64,000 nucleotides of DNA from Bacteroidota bacterium (GTDB taxonomy: Bacteria; Bacteroidota; Bacteroidia; Chitinophagales; Chitinophagaceae): NCBI GenBank assembly GCA_030706685.1, contig JAUZOA010000018.1, forward strand, positions 1,329-65,328. The letters run 5' to 3'. Positions 17,901 to 27,772 of the stretch are shown piece by piece. The first letter of the stretch is position 1. Every line of letters starts with the position of its first letter. The notes under the pieces were generated by a model. It was not told the DNA's origin. It saw nothing but the letters and a program-made list of their open reading frames with translations, and ran no database searches. The position numbers and the translations under genes were made by a program.

Positions 17901-19244
17901 ATGGCATCTAAAAAATTTGAATGGCGGATATTGCTCAGGGTGTTGCTGTTGTTCGCGACATTGAGTATAACATCTTTTCTTCTTGTCAAAGAATGGTATA
18001 TTTATTTATTGCTGGCATTCCCGGTCATCATTTACCAGGTCGTAGAGTTTTATGGCTTTCAGCGAAAGGCGCACAATGAGCTGGAGCAATTTGTTGAGTC
18101 GGTTCATTACCGGGATTTCTCCCGCTATTTCGATGTCAAACATGCCCCGGTGGATATCCAGTCTCTACGAAAAGGCTTTAACGAGATCAATACGACTTTC
18201 AAGATCATCAGCAAGGAAAAGGAAACACAATACCAGTACCTGCAAAAGATACTGGAACTGGTTGATACCGGTATTCTTTCTTATGAAGAGAAAAGCGCCG
18301 AAATAGTATGGATGAATGAGCCGCTAAAAAAAATGCTGCAGCTCCCTTATCTCAAAACAATTTATTCCCTTGGCAAAAGAGATGAACCGCTGGCCAATGA
18401 GATCATCGCGCTGAAACCGGGTGAAAGTAAAATCGCGACGGCTCACCTGGAAAGAGCTTCTTTCAAAATCTTATTATCCGCCACGGCTTTCCAGACGGAT
18501 GGCAAACTTTATAAACTGATCGCCTTCCAGAATGTGAACGAGGCACTGGATGAAACGGAATCAAAAGCCTGGCAAAAATTGCTCAGCGTACTCACCCACG
18601 AGATCATGAATTCGGTAGCTCCTATCTCCTCGCTGGCGGAAACATTGAAAAGCCGGCTGCAACAATCGGTAGGCGTATTAAATAATGACTCCGGCTCGGT
18701 GGATGACCTTGAAATAGGTATTGAAACAATCAAGCGGAGAAGCGAAGGCCTGCTCAAATTCGCCGAAACCTACCGTAATCTCAACCGGATCACGAAACCC
18801 AACCTGCGGAAAGTCTATGTCCGGGATATTTTTGAAAGCCTTCTCCAACTGATGCAGCCAACATTGGAGCAAAAAAATATTGAGCTGGAAACTATTTTAA
18901 AGGATACCGACCTTGTCATCGAAGCGGATACCAGTTTATTGGAACAGATGCTGATCAACCTGGTAGTAAATGCCATTGAGGCGGTAAAAGAAAAACCCAA
19001 TCCAAGAATAGTGCTGACAGGCTACATCGCCAATAACCGCAAGACAGTGATCAAAGTAGCGGATAATGGAAATGGCATATCTGCCGAAATTCTCGATAAG
19101 ATATTTATTCCTTTCTTCAGCACTAAAAAAAACGGGAGCGGTATAGGGCTGAGTCTTTGCAAACAGATCATGATGCTGCACAAAGGAAATATACAGGTAC
19201 AATCAATAGAAGGAGAAGGAACAGCATTCCTCCTGCAATTCTAA
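17901..19244 (+). CDS. sensor histidine kinase (HisKA + HATPase_c, two N-terminal TMs)
   Basis: H-box LTHEIMNSVAPISSLAE, N-box LINLVVNAIEA, G-boxes VADNGNGI and GSGIGLSLC. It is the partner of the upstream NtrC-type regulator. Confidence 0.9.
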   Translation: MASKKFEWRILLRVLLLFATLSITSFLLVKEWYIYLLLAFPVIIYQVVEFYGFQRKAHNELEQFVESVHYRDFSRYFDVKHAPVDIQSLRKGFNEINTTFKIISKEKETQYQYLQKILELVDTGILSYEEKSAEIVWMNEPLKKMLQLPYLKTIYSLGKRDEPLANEIIALKPGESKIATAHLERASFKILLSATAFQTDGKLYKLIAFQNVNEALDETESKAWQKLLSVLTHEIMNSVAPISSLAETLKSRLQQSVGVLNNDSGSVDDLEIGIETIKRRSEGLLKFAETYRNLNRITKPNLRKVYVRDIFESLLQLMQPTLEQKNIELETILKDTDLVIEADTSLLEQMLINLVVNAIEAVKEKPNPRIVLTGYIANNRKTVIKVADNGNGISAEILDKIFIPFFSTKKNGSGIGLSLCKQIMMLHKGNIQVQSIEGEGTAFLLQF

Positions 19245-19283
19245 AGCATATTTTTTCTTCAAAAACCCCGGATTTTTGTTAGG

Positions 19284-19374
19284 CCCCGGTTTGAAATAGC
19301 CGGTAAGACAGGAAGCCGGTAAGCGTTAATTTTCAAATCATTTTCTCTTATCGTCTTCCGGGCTTCCCGGCAAA
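19284..19374 (+). repeat. ~90-bp hairpin-containing repeat, copy A
   Basis: GTTTGAAATAGCCGGT ... GGAAGCCGGTAAG ... CTCTTATCGTCTTCC ... CCGGCAAA. It aligns with the reverse complement of 22905-22987. Confidence 0.75.
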
Positions 19375-19477
19375 CTGACCTCTACCGGACTTTCTTCTTT
19401 CCCCTCAAGTGGCTTTTTTCAAGACAGGCCAGTAACCCCGGCAAAGGTAAACGTAGTGTGCCTGATCTATACCTATG

Positions 19478-19565
19478 ACGGATAAAACAGGGATAAAAGA
19501 CGGATCAAACACGGATCAAACACGGACCAAACACGGACCAAAGACGGATCAAAGGCGGGTATTTT
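19478..19565. repeat. tandem array, 8 units of an 11-bp repeat (consensus ACGGATCAAAC)
   Basis: GACGGATAAAAC AGGGATAAAA GACGGATCAAAC ACGGATCAAAC ACGGACCAAAC ACGGACCAAAG ACGGATCAAAG GCGGGTATTTT. Confidence 0.85.
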
Positions 19566-19860
19566 CCCTCTTTTGTCCCTGTATAATCCTATTTATCTCC
19601 CTGTATTGTTATATTTTAGTATTATTTATACCTGAAAAAAACCGGGTGGAACAAGGCTACGAGTAGTTTTTATTACTGCTATCAATGAACGGATAGCAAG
19701 CCCGGGCGGGCGCTACCGACCTTTAGTGCCTGCGGCACTTCTAAAAAAAGATGTGTGCTAACGGCAGGGTTTAAACCTTGCGCTAAGAGAAATCCGGCAG
19801 CCTTATCAGGGTATTTAAGAAAAATTATAAACTGTCGCCGGGCTTTTTAAGGAAGAGCTT

Positions 19861-22713
19861 TTAACTGTTATTTTCTTCCATTATTTTCAACGGTACTACA
19901 ACCGTTACCGCAGTGCCTTCTCCCGGCACGCTTGAAATTTTATATTCCCCGCCAATCATTTCTGTTCTTTCTTTCATGCCCAGCAGCCCCAGGGTTTTCT
20001 TATCGCTTATCCCCGTTATGTCAAACCCTTTTCCATTGTCCCGGATGGTTAAAATAAACTGGTTGTCCCGGAGCTCAATCATTACATTGATTATTGTGGC
20101 AGCGGCATGACGGGCTACATTGGTCAGCGATTCCTGAAAAATACGAAACAGGGCGGTGGTAATATTCGGGGCAATCGAAACAGCCGGTACAGCAGACTGG
20201 AATTGTATCGTTATTCCTGATCTTTTTTCAAATTCCCTGCTTTGCCAATCCAGTGCGTCAACCAACCCGAAATCATCTAATATGCTTGGACGTAATTCAG
20301 TAGCTATTTTTCTTATCGACATTGCCGCATGATCCAGCAATTGCGGGATCTCTTTTATTTTTTCCTGTTCTGCCGGGTCTTCCGTTCTTATTCTTTTTAT
20401 AAGCCAGGAGACGTCCATTTTAATACAGGTGATTTGCTGGCCCAGTTCATCATGTACTTCCCTTGCCATAGTGGCTCTTTCATTTTCGCGGATATCCTGC
20501 AGGTGAGAGGCCAGTTGCCGCAATTCTTCGTGGGACTGTTTCAATTTTTTTTCCGCCTCTTTTCTTTCAGAAATATCTCTTATGAATGCGCAAAAAGATT
20601 TTTCGTCTCCCTGTTCTACCGGTATAATAGAAAATTCCGCGGGGAATTCCCTCCCATCCCTGTTTATCATTGTGATCTCGATCAGCTTATTCAGCACCGG
20701 GGTTTCTCCTGTCTGCAGGTAATGCGTCATTCCTTTTTTATATCTATCCCGGTATTTTACAGGAATAATCGTTTCGGTAAAAAGTTCCCCCTTTATCTCC
20801 TTCTCTTTCCATCCGAATATTTTTTCGGATTGCGGGTTCCAGAATGTAATGATGCCTTGTGTATCAATCGAAACAATAGCATCCAATGCTGCATTCATGA
20901 TCAGTCTTCTTTTTTCTTCGCTGTTCCGGAGAACCTCTTCCGCGTTTTTACTCTCCGTAATATCCCGGAGAATAAGCACTACTTCCATCAACTCTCCCCC
21001 GCGATTCTTAAGCGGATAAAGCGTCATCACCATCCATCTCTTTCTTCCCTTTTGCCCGATGAGCGCGGGATCATATAGGTAGGGTTCGGATATCGACAGC
21101 TCACCGGCAAAAGCTTTTTCTACGCAGCGGGACAACCCGGAAGCGATCATCTGCGGGTCGCGGCGGATATTATACCCTATTACATTCTCCCGCTCATCCT
21201 GCCACATCATTTCCCAGGCCTTATTGGCGGCAATGCAGGCGCCACCTGGTTCATAATTAATGACCGGGTAGGGAAACTGCTCAATGATTGAACGGAAACG
21301 TTCTTCACTGGCTGCCAGTTTTTCTTCGGCTTTGATCTTCTCCGTGATATCTATCATGACAGCTATTCTCGCTTTCCTGTCATTATAGTCAATAGAGTGT
21401 GCTGTAATTTCTACGATGATAACTTCCCCATTCTTTTTAATATGTCGCCAGTACCCCCGGTTGGTATCGGGTTTGACCTTTATTTCTTCTATATGCCTCA
21501 CTAATTTTTCCTGGTCTTCCCCGGGCCTGATATCTTTCAGGGTCATAGCCGAAAATTCTTCCCGGCTGTATCCATAATGCCGGATCGCGGCTTCATTGAC
21601 ATCCAGGATACGGAGTGTCTCATAATCATATATCCATTTGGGCAGTGGGCTTTGATAGAAGATGGTCTTGTATTTTTCTGCCGATTTGTGCAATTGCTCA
21701 TTACTTTCCCTGATTACCCGCATATTCTCCAGCAAATTATTTTTCATCCTCACTAAAGCATACACTACAATACCCACAACGAACAGGAGAGCCAGCGCCA
21801 GGAAAACAAGCGTACGGTTCTTTTCAGTTGTTTCTTTTTTGATAATGGAATTTGTTCCGGCAATTACATTCCCCCACAGTTCCTGCCGGAGCCGTGTCAA
21901 CTGTTCCATTCCTTCATTAGAAATCCCCCACCAGTTTTCAGCCGTGTAACTGCTGTCGGGCTTAAAATGCGTGAAAAGCGTATCAAGATACGCTACGGTC
22001 TGTTTGAGCGCGATACTGTCGCGTCTTTTTTTATAAACCTGTATAGCTTCGGGGGAAGCTTTTACTAAAAATTCTGTTTCGTAGGTTTTATAAACATCAT
22101 GTACTCCTATCATCCCGACTAATGTTTCCACCATGTATTTCTTTGTATAAAGTACATTATAAATATTCGAGCGCATTATTCCCAGGTTGGTGATCATTTC
22201 GGAAAGAAGTTTCTCTCCTACGAGATCTTTGTATACCGACTGAAGGAAGATCTCGCTTCCCGGTGACACGGTATTCAATGTGTTGATACGAAAAATAGCG
22301 GTTGTATAATAATGCATCACCTGCCCGGGAGGCAGGTACCCGCTATCGACCTCGTTACGTACTTTTTGAAGGTTGTCCAGGAAAGTATAGGTAGTGAACC
22401 CGGACAAGCTGCCCTCTTCCAGCCGTTGTATAGCCGAATCAGTCCGGGGACGTTGTATAGCCAGCTCATTACGCTTATCTATTTTCATGGCGTGATCGAA
22501 ACTGAGCTTTCGCTCCTTTTCCAGGCAATCAATCAGTGTATTGATGGATGCGGACTGGTAAATGCGTTGGATATAACCCGTGAGCAAGTTTATCTTTTCC
22601 GTTTTTTCAGCATAAATCTGAACGGAGGTATAAACAAGAAGAGATAAGGGGATAAGCCCGATCAGCAGTAGTTTTACAGATAGGGGCAGTCGTCTGAAAA
22701 TACTATTCATCAA
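19861..22713 (-). CDS. multi-PAS sensor histidine kinase, HisKA_3 type, with an N-terminal extracytoplasmic sensor (NIT-like) domain
   Basis: 950 aa: N-terminal TM, ~280-aa domain and second TM (LVFLALALLFVVGIVVYALV). Three PAS-like repeats follow, then H-box REVHDELGQQITCIKMD, N-box ESLTNVARHA and G-box IRDNGKGF. The NIT assignment is from memory of the family and is tentative. Confidence 0.85.
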   Translation of the reverse strand: MMNSIFRRLPLSVKLLLIGLIPLSLLVYTSVQIYAEKTEKINLLTGYIQRIYQSASINTLIDCLEKERKLSFDHAMKIDKRNELAIQRPRTDSAIQRLEEGSLSGFTTYTFLDNLQKVRNEVDSGYLPPGQVMHYYTTAIFRINTLNTVSPGSEIFLQSVYKDLVGEKLLSEMITNLGIMRSNIYNVLYTKKYMVETLVGMIGVHDVYKTYETEFLVKASPEAIQVYKKRRDSIALKQTVAYLDTLFTHFKPDSSYTAENWWGISNEGMEQLTRLRQELWGNVIAGTNSIIKKETTEKNRTLVFLALALLFVVGIVVYALVRMKNNLLENMRVIRESNEQLHKSAEKYKTIFYQSPLPKWIYDYETLRILDVNEAAIRHYGYSREEFSAMTLKDIRPGEDQEKLVRHIEEIKVKPDTNRGYWRHIKKNGEVIIVEITAHSIDYNDRKARIAVMIDITEKIKAEEKLAASEERFRSIIEQFPYPVINYEPGGACIAANKAWEMMWQDERENVIGYNIRRDPQMIASGLSRCVEKAFAGELSISEPYLYDPALIGQKGRKRWMVMTLYPLKNRGGELMEVVLILRDITESKNAEEVLRNSEEKRRLIMNAALDAIVSIDTQGIITFWNPQSEKIFGWKEKEIKGELFTETIIPVKYRDRYKKGMTHYLQTGETPVLNKLIEITMINRDGREFPAEFSIIPVEQGDEKSFCAFIRDISERKEAEKKLKQSHEELRQLASHLQDIRENERATMAREVHDELGQQITCIKMDVSWLIKRIRTEDPAEQEKIKEIPQLLDHAAMSIRKIATELRPSILDDFGLVDALDWQSREFEKRSGITIQFQSAVPAVSIAPNITTALFRIFQESLTNVARHAAATIINVMIELRDNQFILTIRDNGKGFDITGISDKKTLGLLGMKERTEMIGGEYKISSVPGEGTAVTVVVPLKIMEENNS

Positions 22714-22904
22714 TAACGGATTTAGGAAAGGTTTTTTGAAATACCTGTGGCGGACTTGCTCTGGTAAATATAAAACAATTAAAGAAACATATTATACCCG
22801 TTATACCTGGACAGGTGTTGGGCAGTATATACCCGGGGCTGCTCTTACGTTATCGTGAAGCCCAATCTTTGCTGTATCCATTTCGCTGATCGGTAGGCAG
22901 CAAT

Positions 22905-22987
22905 TTTGCCGGGAAGACGATAAGAAAAAACGACTTGTAAGTTAAAACTTACCGCCTTTCCATCCCACCGGCTATTTTCAAACTGGG
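22905..22987 (-). repeat. ~85-bp hairpin-containing repeat, copy B (inverted relative to copy A)
   Basis: The reverse complement reads CCCAGTTTGAAAATAGCCGGTGGGATGGAAAGGCGGTAAG ... TTTTCTTATCGTCTTCCCGGCAAA. It shares blocks GTTTGAAA, TAGCCGGT, CGGTAAG, CTTATCGTCTTCC and CCGGCAAA with copy A. Confidence 0.75.
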
Positions 22988-23062
22988 ACGCTACCGCGCT
23001 TTTATCTTTTTGTTTACCTATGGGAAAATGGTAAATTGGTCAGTACTAATTACTACCCGGAG

Positions 23063-26000
23063 ATGCAACGGTATATCCTTGTTTTCCTGTTATTGATCTC
23101 TCTTTTTTTGACCGGCGCCCGGGCACAGGATATACCTCATTTTGTTGAAAAATTGACTGTGCGGGAAGGTCTCAGCAGCAATAAAATAAACGATATCGCC
23201 CAGGATGATAACGGCTTTTTATGGATCGCCACCAGCGACGGCCTGAACCGTTTTGATGGTACCGAAGTAGTGCAATACTTTCACCAGGACAACAGTAACT
23301 CCCTTTCGCATAATTATGTGTACTGCCTGAAAAAACTTCCGGGTAATTACATCGCGATCGGGACACAGGCCGGTCTTGATTTTTATAACAGCAATACGGG
23401 AATATTTAAAAATTTTTATTACACGCAAAATAACCGGTTAGACGAATTCAATAATCTTATCAGCGAACTGGAAACAGATACCCGCGGAAACCTCTGGGCC
23501 GCATCCAGCAATTGCATTTTTATCTTCGATACTCATCTTGCCCTGAAAAAAGTCATCCCTTCCCCCTGCACGGAGGCAGACGCTTTGCGGAAACGGCTTC
23601 GGTTCGTAGAAAAGATGCTGCCTTTGGCGGATGGCAATATGCTGCTGTACCTGTCGACAGGATTAAAGGTTTATTCTTTTGAGACCAATACGCTCACTGA
23701 TCTTAAAAACTCATCGCTGATCAACCGGTTGAAATTTTTAAACGACCTGTTTAATGCACCCTCTGTTAAAAAATTTGAAGAATATTTTCCTCCTGCGGGT
23801 GTTTTTAAAATATTTGAGCGGTATTTCCTGTGTATCAAACCCGGCGCCGACAGCCTCCTTTTATTTAATGAACAGGGAGAACAGTTAAGCAGCAGTTATT
23901 TTCCCTTCAATAAATATCCTTATATATTGTGGTCGCAGCAGCTTTCGATAATTGATTCAACGAAACTCTTGTTCCTGTTTCATAATTATGGTCTTGCCAG
24001 TATTGCTGTTACCTGGGAAGACGGGAAACCTGTCATTCATACTCCGTCATCCTTATTATTTGAGAGTTATGAATACGATGCCGCGTTGCGCGACCGGCAG
24101 GGTAACTGGTGGCTGGCTACTACGGAACAGGGATTGCAAAAGATCTCACCCGGCAAACAATATTTTAAAAGTGATACCCTTATTGACCATCTTACCGGCA
24201 GACCTGTTAAGTATGATATTATGACCATTGCCCGGAATAAAAATTTGTTATGGATCGGCACTTATGGCAATGGTTTCTTTAAAGTAGACCCGGTATCCGG
24301 TAAACGGGAACAATATTATATTAATACTACACCTGCCAGTCCCTGGCCAAATTTTATATGGAATATCCGCCAGATCAATGAAGATACACTCTGGGTAGGT
24401 ACACAGGCCGGTCTGTTCTGGTATTCTGTTTCGCAAAAAAAATACGGGCATCTTCCTGCTTATCCCGGCAAGCCCTCATCGCTCGATTCCGTACCTGTAA
24501 CCACACAATTCGTGGACAGCCATGGGTTGGTGTGGATGGGGCTTGGAAAAGGAAAAGGCCTGTGTTATTATGATATGAAAACCCGCAGGTTTACTTATTA
24601 TCCTGCCAATACCCCGGATGGCTACCCTTTGCGTTATCCCACGAATATCGCGGAAGACAGGAAAGGTGATTTGTGGTTGGTGAATGATGCAAGCGCTACG
24701 CTGGTTTATCACAAAAGAAACACCGAAGGTTTCCAGTCAATCACCTTGCCTGTAGCTGCACCCAACCGATTGAGTAACCTGTCGGGGATATTGTGCGAAG
24801 ATGATACTACAATATGGTTAGGAACTGTGATGAATGGGTTGATAAAGTTTAATCCCGCCACCCGGTCCATGACAATGTATGGTCATGAAAAAGGCTTAAG
24901 CAACAGTCATATCAGCAGCATCTACGAGGACAAAGAAAAAAGATTGTGGTTGGTTACGAATGGTGATTTGTCCTGCTTTGACAAGCATACAGAAACTTTT
25001 ACCAATTATTCGGAGAAAGATGGTTTGCCTGCAAGGTATCCAACGGCCGCCTTTTATTATGACACGTTATTTAAACGTTTATATACCGGCGGGAACGGCA
25101 CTCTCTTTTATTTTGACCCGGACGGGATCAATTCCAACCAGGCGCCGCAAAAAACAATTATCACAGCCATACATGTCAATGGCAAGCCCTATATGAGTAT
25201 GGCCGATGAAAGTACGGCTTCAAGATTCCGTTCCTGGCAAAATGATATCACCATTCAATACTCGGTAGTTGATCTTACTAACGGGCCGGGAACGAAATAC
25301 ACCTACAAGCTGATTGGCGAAGACACCGGGTGGATCATGGCGGGCAATCAGCGGCAAATAAATTTCAGCCGCCTGGCCCCGGGTCATTATACATTCATGG
25401 TACGGGCATCCAACAGCGCCGGAGCGTGGAGCCCGGAAATCGCAAGTATCCGGTTTTATATAGTTCCCCCTTTTACAAAAACGATATGGTTCTATGCCCT
25501 TATAGTACTTGGGATCGGGGCTGTGTTTTACTTTATGTACCGGTTTCGCCTGCGGCAACTAATGCGGACAGAACAGATACGAAGTGAAATTTCCAGGAAC
25601 CTCCACGATGAAGTCGGCTCATCGCTTACCAATATAAGCCTGAGCAGTCTGCTGGCGCAAAAACAATTGCATAATGAAGGAGCGGTAACCCGGATATTGG
25701 AACGTATCTACCAGGATAGTCAAAATGTTTCCGAAGCTATGCGGGAAATAGTATGGAGCATCAATCCAAAAATTGATACAATGGGTGAAGCCCTGCCGCG
25801 TATGCTCCGTTATGCATCAGAACTGCTGGAAGCGAAAGACATGGAACTCCATGCAGAAATTGCCCCTGAAATCGAGCAGGTAAAACTGACCATGCAGGAA
25901 CGAAGGGATCTTTATCTTATTTTCAAAGAGGCTGTCAACAATCTCGCTAAACATTCTAAAGCAACCAAAGCGGTCATTAATTTTCATGTTAAAGATAACA

Positions 26001-26173
26001 GGATTATCATGGAAGTTTCTGACAACGGGGTCGGGTTTGACATAACATCTTCCCATCTTAATAATGGGTTGAAGAATATGCGAGAAAGAGCCAGGAGCCA
26101 TCAATGGCAGCTTGGCATGAAGTCCGCCCCCGGCGCCGGAGCTACGATAACCCTGAACGCTCAAATAACATAA
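23063..26173 (+). CDS. two-component regulator propeller (Reg_prop/Y_Y_Y) sensor histidine kinase, HisKA_3 type
   Basis: Signal peptide MQRYILVFLLLISLFLTGARAQ (ATG 23063; track start 23036 is TTG). Repeated LWIAT/LWVGT/LWLVT beta-propeller motifs, TM (IWFYALIVLGIGAVFYFMY), H-box NLHDEVGSSLTNI, N-box EAVNNLAKHS and G-box VSDNGVGF. Confidence 0.88.
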   Translation: MQRYILVFLLLISLFLTGARAQDIPHFVEKLTVREGLSSNKINDIAQDDNGFLWIATSDGLNRFDGTEVVQYFHQDNSNSLSHNYVYCLKKLPGNYIAIGTQAGLDFYNSNTGIFKNFYYTQNNRLDEFNNLISELETDTRGNLWAASSNCIFIFDTHLALKKVIPSPCTEADALRKRLRFVEKMLPLADGNMLLYLSTGLKVYSFETNTLTDLKNSSLINRLKFLNDLFNAPSVKKFEEYFPPAGVFKIFERYFLCIKPGADSLLLFNEQGEQLSSSYFPFNKYPYILWSQQLSIIDSTKLLFLFHNYGLASIAVTWEDGKPVIHTPSSLLFESYEYDAALRDRQGNWWLATTEQGLQKISPGKQYFKSDTLIDHLTGRPVKYDIMTIARNKNLLWIGTYGNGFFKVDPVSGKREQYYINTTPASPWPNFIWNIRQINEDTLWVGTQAGLFWYSVSQKKYGHLPAYPGKPSSLDSVPVTTQFVDSHGLVWMGLGKGKGLCYYDMKTRRFTYYPANTPDGYPLRYPTNIAEDRKGDLWLVNDASATLVYHKRNTEGFQSITLPVAAPNRLSNLSGILCEDDTTIWLGTVMNGLIKFNPATRSMTMYGHEKGLSNSHISSIYEDKEKRLWLVTNGDLSCFDKHTETFTNYSEKDGLPARYPTAAFYYDTLFKRLYTGGNGTLFYFDPDGINSNQAPQKTIITAIHVNGKPYMSMADESTASRFRSWQNDITIQYSVVDLTNGPGTKYTYKLIGEDTGWIMAGNQRQINFSRLAPGHYTFMVRASNSAGAWSPEIASIRFYIVPPFTKTIWFYALIVLGIGAVFYFMYRFRLRQLMRTEQIRSEISRNLHDEVGSSLTNISLSSLLAQKQLHNEGAVTRILERIYQDSQNVSEAMREIVWSINPKIDTMGEALPRMLRYASELLEAKDMELHAEIAPEIEQVKLTMQERRDLYLIFKEAVNNLAKHSKATKAVINFHVKDNRIIMEVSDNGVGFDITSSHLNNGLKNMRERARSHQWQLGMKSAPGAGATITLNAQIT

Positions 26174-26221
26174 ATATGCCATTGACAACAAAGTCATTCA
26201 CTGAGTAACTTTATTCAATTT

Positions 26222-26854
26222 ATGCCTGTACGCATCATTATTTTTGAAGATAACCACCGGCTCCGGCAGTCACTGAAAATATTGCTCGATGGTATGGAAA
26301 ATTATACGGTATGCGGGGACTATGAGAATTGCTCACAGGCTGCCATGATCGTTGATGAACACAGGCCGGATGTCATTATCATGGATATTGATATGCCGGG
26401 TGTAAATGGCATTGAGGGTTTGCGCATAATAAAAGAGCGCCGCCCGCAAACATATATCATCATGCATACGGTGCTGGAAGATGAAGAACGTTTATTTCAA
26501 TGTCTTTGTTCCGGTGCGAACGGGTATATACTCAAAAACACTTCTTTTATCAACCTGCTGGAAGCGATTGACAACGTTTTACACGGCGGCGCCCCGCTTT
26601 CACCAACCATTGCAAAAAAAGTTTTACAATCTTTCCAGGCTGCTCCTTCAGCCCGCCTGCAATACAATCTTTCTGAACGCGAAACAGAGGTGCTGAAATA
26701 CCTGGTAAAAGGTTATAGTTATAAAATGATCGCGTCTGCCTGCACTATCAGCGTGGATACCGTAAGAGGGCATATCAGGAATATTTATACAAAGCTGCAT
26801 GTAAACTGCGGACGGGAAGCGGTAGCGAAAGCGCTGCATGATAAAATCGTTTGA
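26222..26854 (+). CDS. response regulator, NarL/LuxR family (REC + LuxR HTH)
   Basis: REC domain (VRIIIFEDN ... IIMDIDMPGVNG) and LuxR HTH (LSERETEVLKYLVKGYSYKMIASACTISVDTVRGHIRNIYTKLHV). Confidence 0.92.
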   Translation: MPVRIIIFEDNHRLRQSLKILLDGMENYTVCGDYENCSQAAMIVDEHRPDVIIMDIDMPGVNGIEGLRIIKERRPQTYIIMHTVLEDEERLFQCLCSGANGYILKNTSFINLLEAIDNVLHGGAPLSPTIAKKVLQSFQAAPSARLQYNLSERETEVLKYLVKGYSYKMIASACTISVDTVRGHIRNIYTKLHVNCGREAVAKALHDKIV

Positions 26855-26864
26855 AGCATATACA

Positions 26865-26945
26865 ATGTCAGATGTACGATGTACGCCAACCTGAATGTTG
26901 AAATGTCTCCGGCATTCGGACTGGCGTACATCGTACATCTGACAT
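26865..26945. repeat. long perfect hairpin (24-bp stem, 33-nt loop) just downstream of the LuxR regulator gene
   Basis: 26865-26888 (ATGTCAGATGTACGATGTACGCCA) is the exact reverse complement of 26922-26945 (TGGCGTACATCGTACATCTGACAT). No T-tract follows. Confidence 0.85.
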
Positions 26946-27048
26946 CGTACATCACTTGTCTCTCCAAAATAGCATAAACATGCAATTGACAACCGCGGTG
27001 AGTCCGGTTAATTTTACTTAAATTGCTATTATTATCAAAATTCTATTT

Positions 27049-27753
27049 ATGGACAAAACTAATTCCAACAGTCATTCCGGTCGTCGTAAATTCTTAGGAA
27101 CCCTGACAACCGGCGCCGCCGCCATGGGTCTTGCGGGACTCGTTACTCCACTTCAGCAACTTCACGCCACTCCCGCTCCAACCATCACCGGTAATATCGA
27201 CCCTGATGAATGGTTTAAACAAATAAAAGGAAAACACCGTATTGTTTTTGATGTTACCAAACCGAATGGAATAATGCCTTTTGCATGGCCAAGAGTATTT
27301 CTTTTAACCAATGCCGCTACCGGTACACCTGAAAAAGAGTCAAGCGTCGTTGTCATTTTACGTCATGAGGGGATTCCCTTCGCTTTTGAAGACCGTATAT
27401 GGTCCAAATATAATTTTGGCGAGGTATTTAAAGTAGATGATGATGCTACCAAAAAACCCGCTGTACGAAATGCGTTCTGGAAACCGGCCAAAGGAACCTA
27501 TAAAGCTCCTGGAATAGGGGAGATAGCTATTGGCATAAATGAATTGCAGGAAAGCGGTGTTATGTTCTGCGTTTGTAATGCAGCCATGACAGTTTACAGT
27601 GCTGTGGTAGCTGATATGATGAAAATGAAAGCGGAAGATGTAATGGCTGATTGGAAATCCGGTTTATTGCCGGGAATTCAAATTGTTCCTTCAGGAGTCT
27701 GGGCAGTAGGCAGGGCCCAGGAACATGATTGCAGGTATTGTTATGCCGGCTAA
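27049..27753 (+). CDS. Tat-signal periplasmic protein, DsrE/DsrF-like fold (putative)
   Basis: Twin-arginine motif SGRRKFLGTLTTGAAAMGLAG. The body (HRIVFDVTK ... VVVILRHEGI ... MFCVCNAAM ... IQIVPSGVWAV) resembles DsrE-like proteins by eye. The assignment is from memory. Confidence 0.55.
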   Translation: MDKTNSNSHSGRRKFLGTLTTGAAAMGLAGLVTPLQQLHATPAPTITGNIDPDEWFKQIKGKHRIVFDVTKPNGIMPFAWPRVFLLTNAATGTPEKESSVVVILRHEGIPFAFEDRIWSKYNFGEVFKVDDDATKKPAVRNAFWKPAKGTYKAPGIGEIAIGINELQESGVMFCVCNAAMTVYSAVVADMMKMKAEDVMADWKSGLLPGIQIVPSGVWAVGRAQEHDCRYCYAG

Positions 27754-27772
27754 TGGCAGTAAAGACCCACCG

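Noticed and set aside
19475-19666. 63-aa ORF (MTDKTGIKDGSNTDQTRTKHGPKTDQRR...)
   Set aside because: It is simply the translation of the 11-bp tandem array plus AT-rich DNA. The periodic T/D/K/G composition is a repeat artefact.
19720-19790. Possible small RNA or terminator features in the tail of the 616-bp gap: AGTGCC-TGC-GGCACT hairpin and the near-palindrome CAGGGTTTAAACCTTG
   Set aside because: The stems are short. The adjacent A-run or T-run is on the wrong side for a terminator on either strand. There is no tRNA-like or other recognisable RNA signature.
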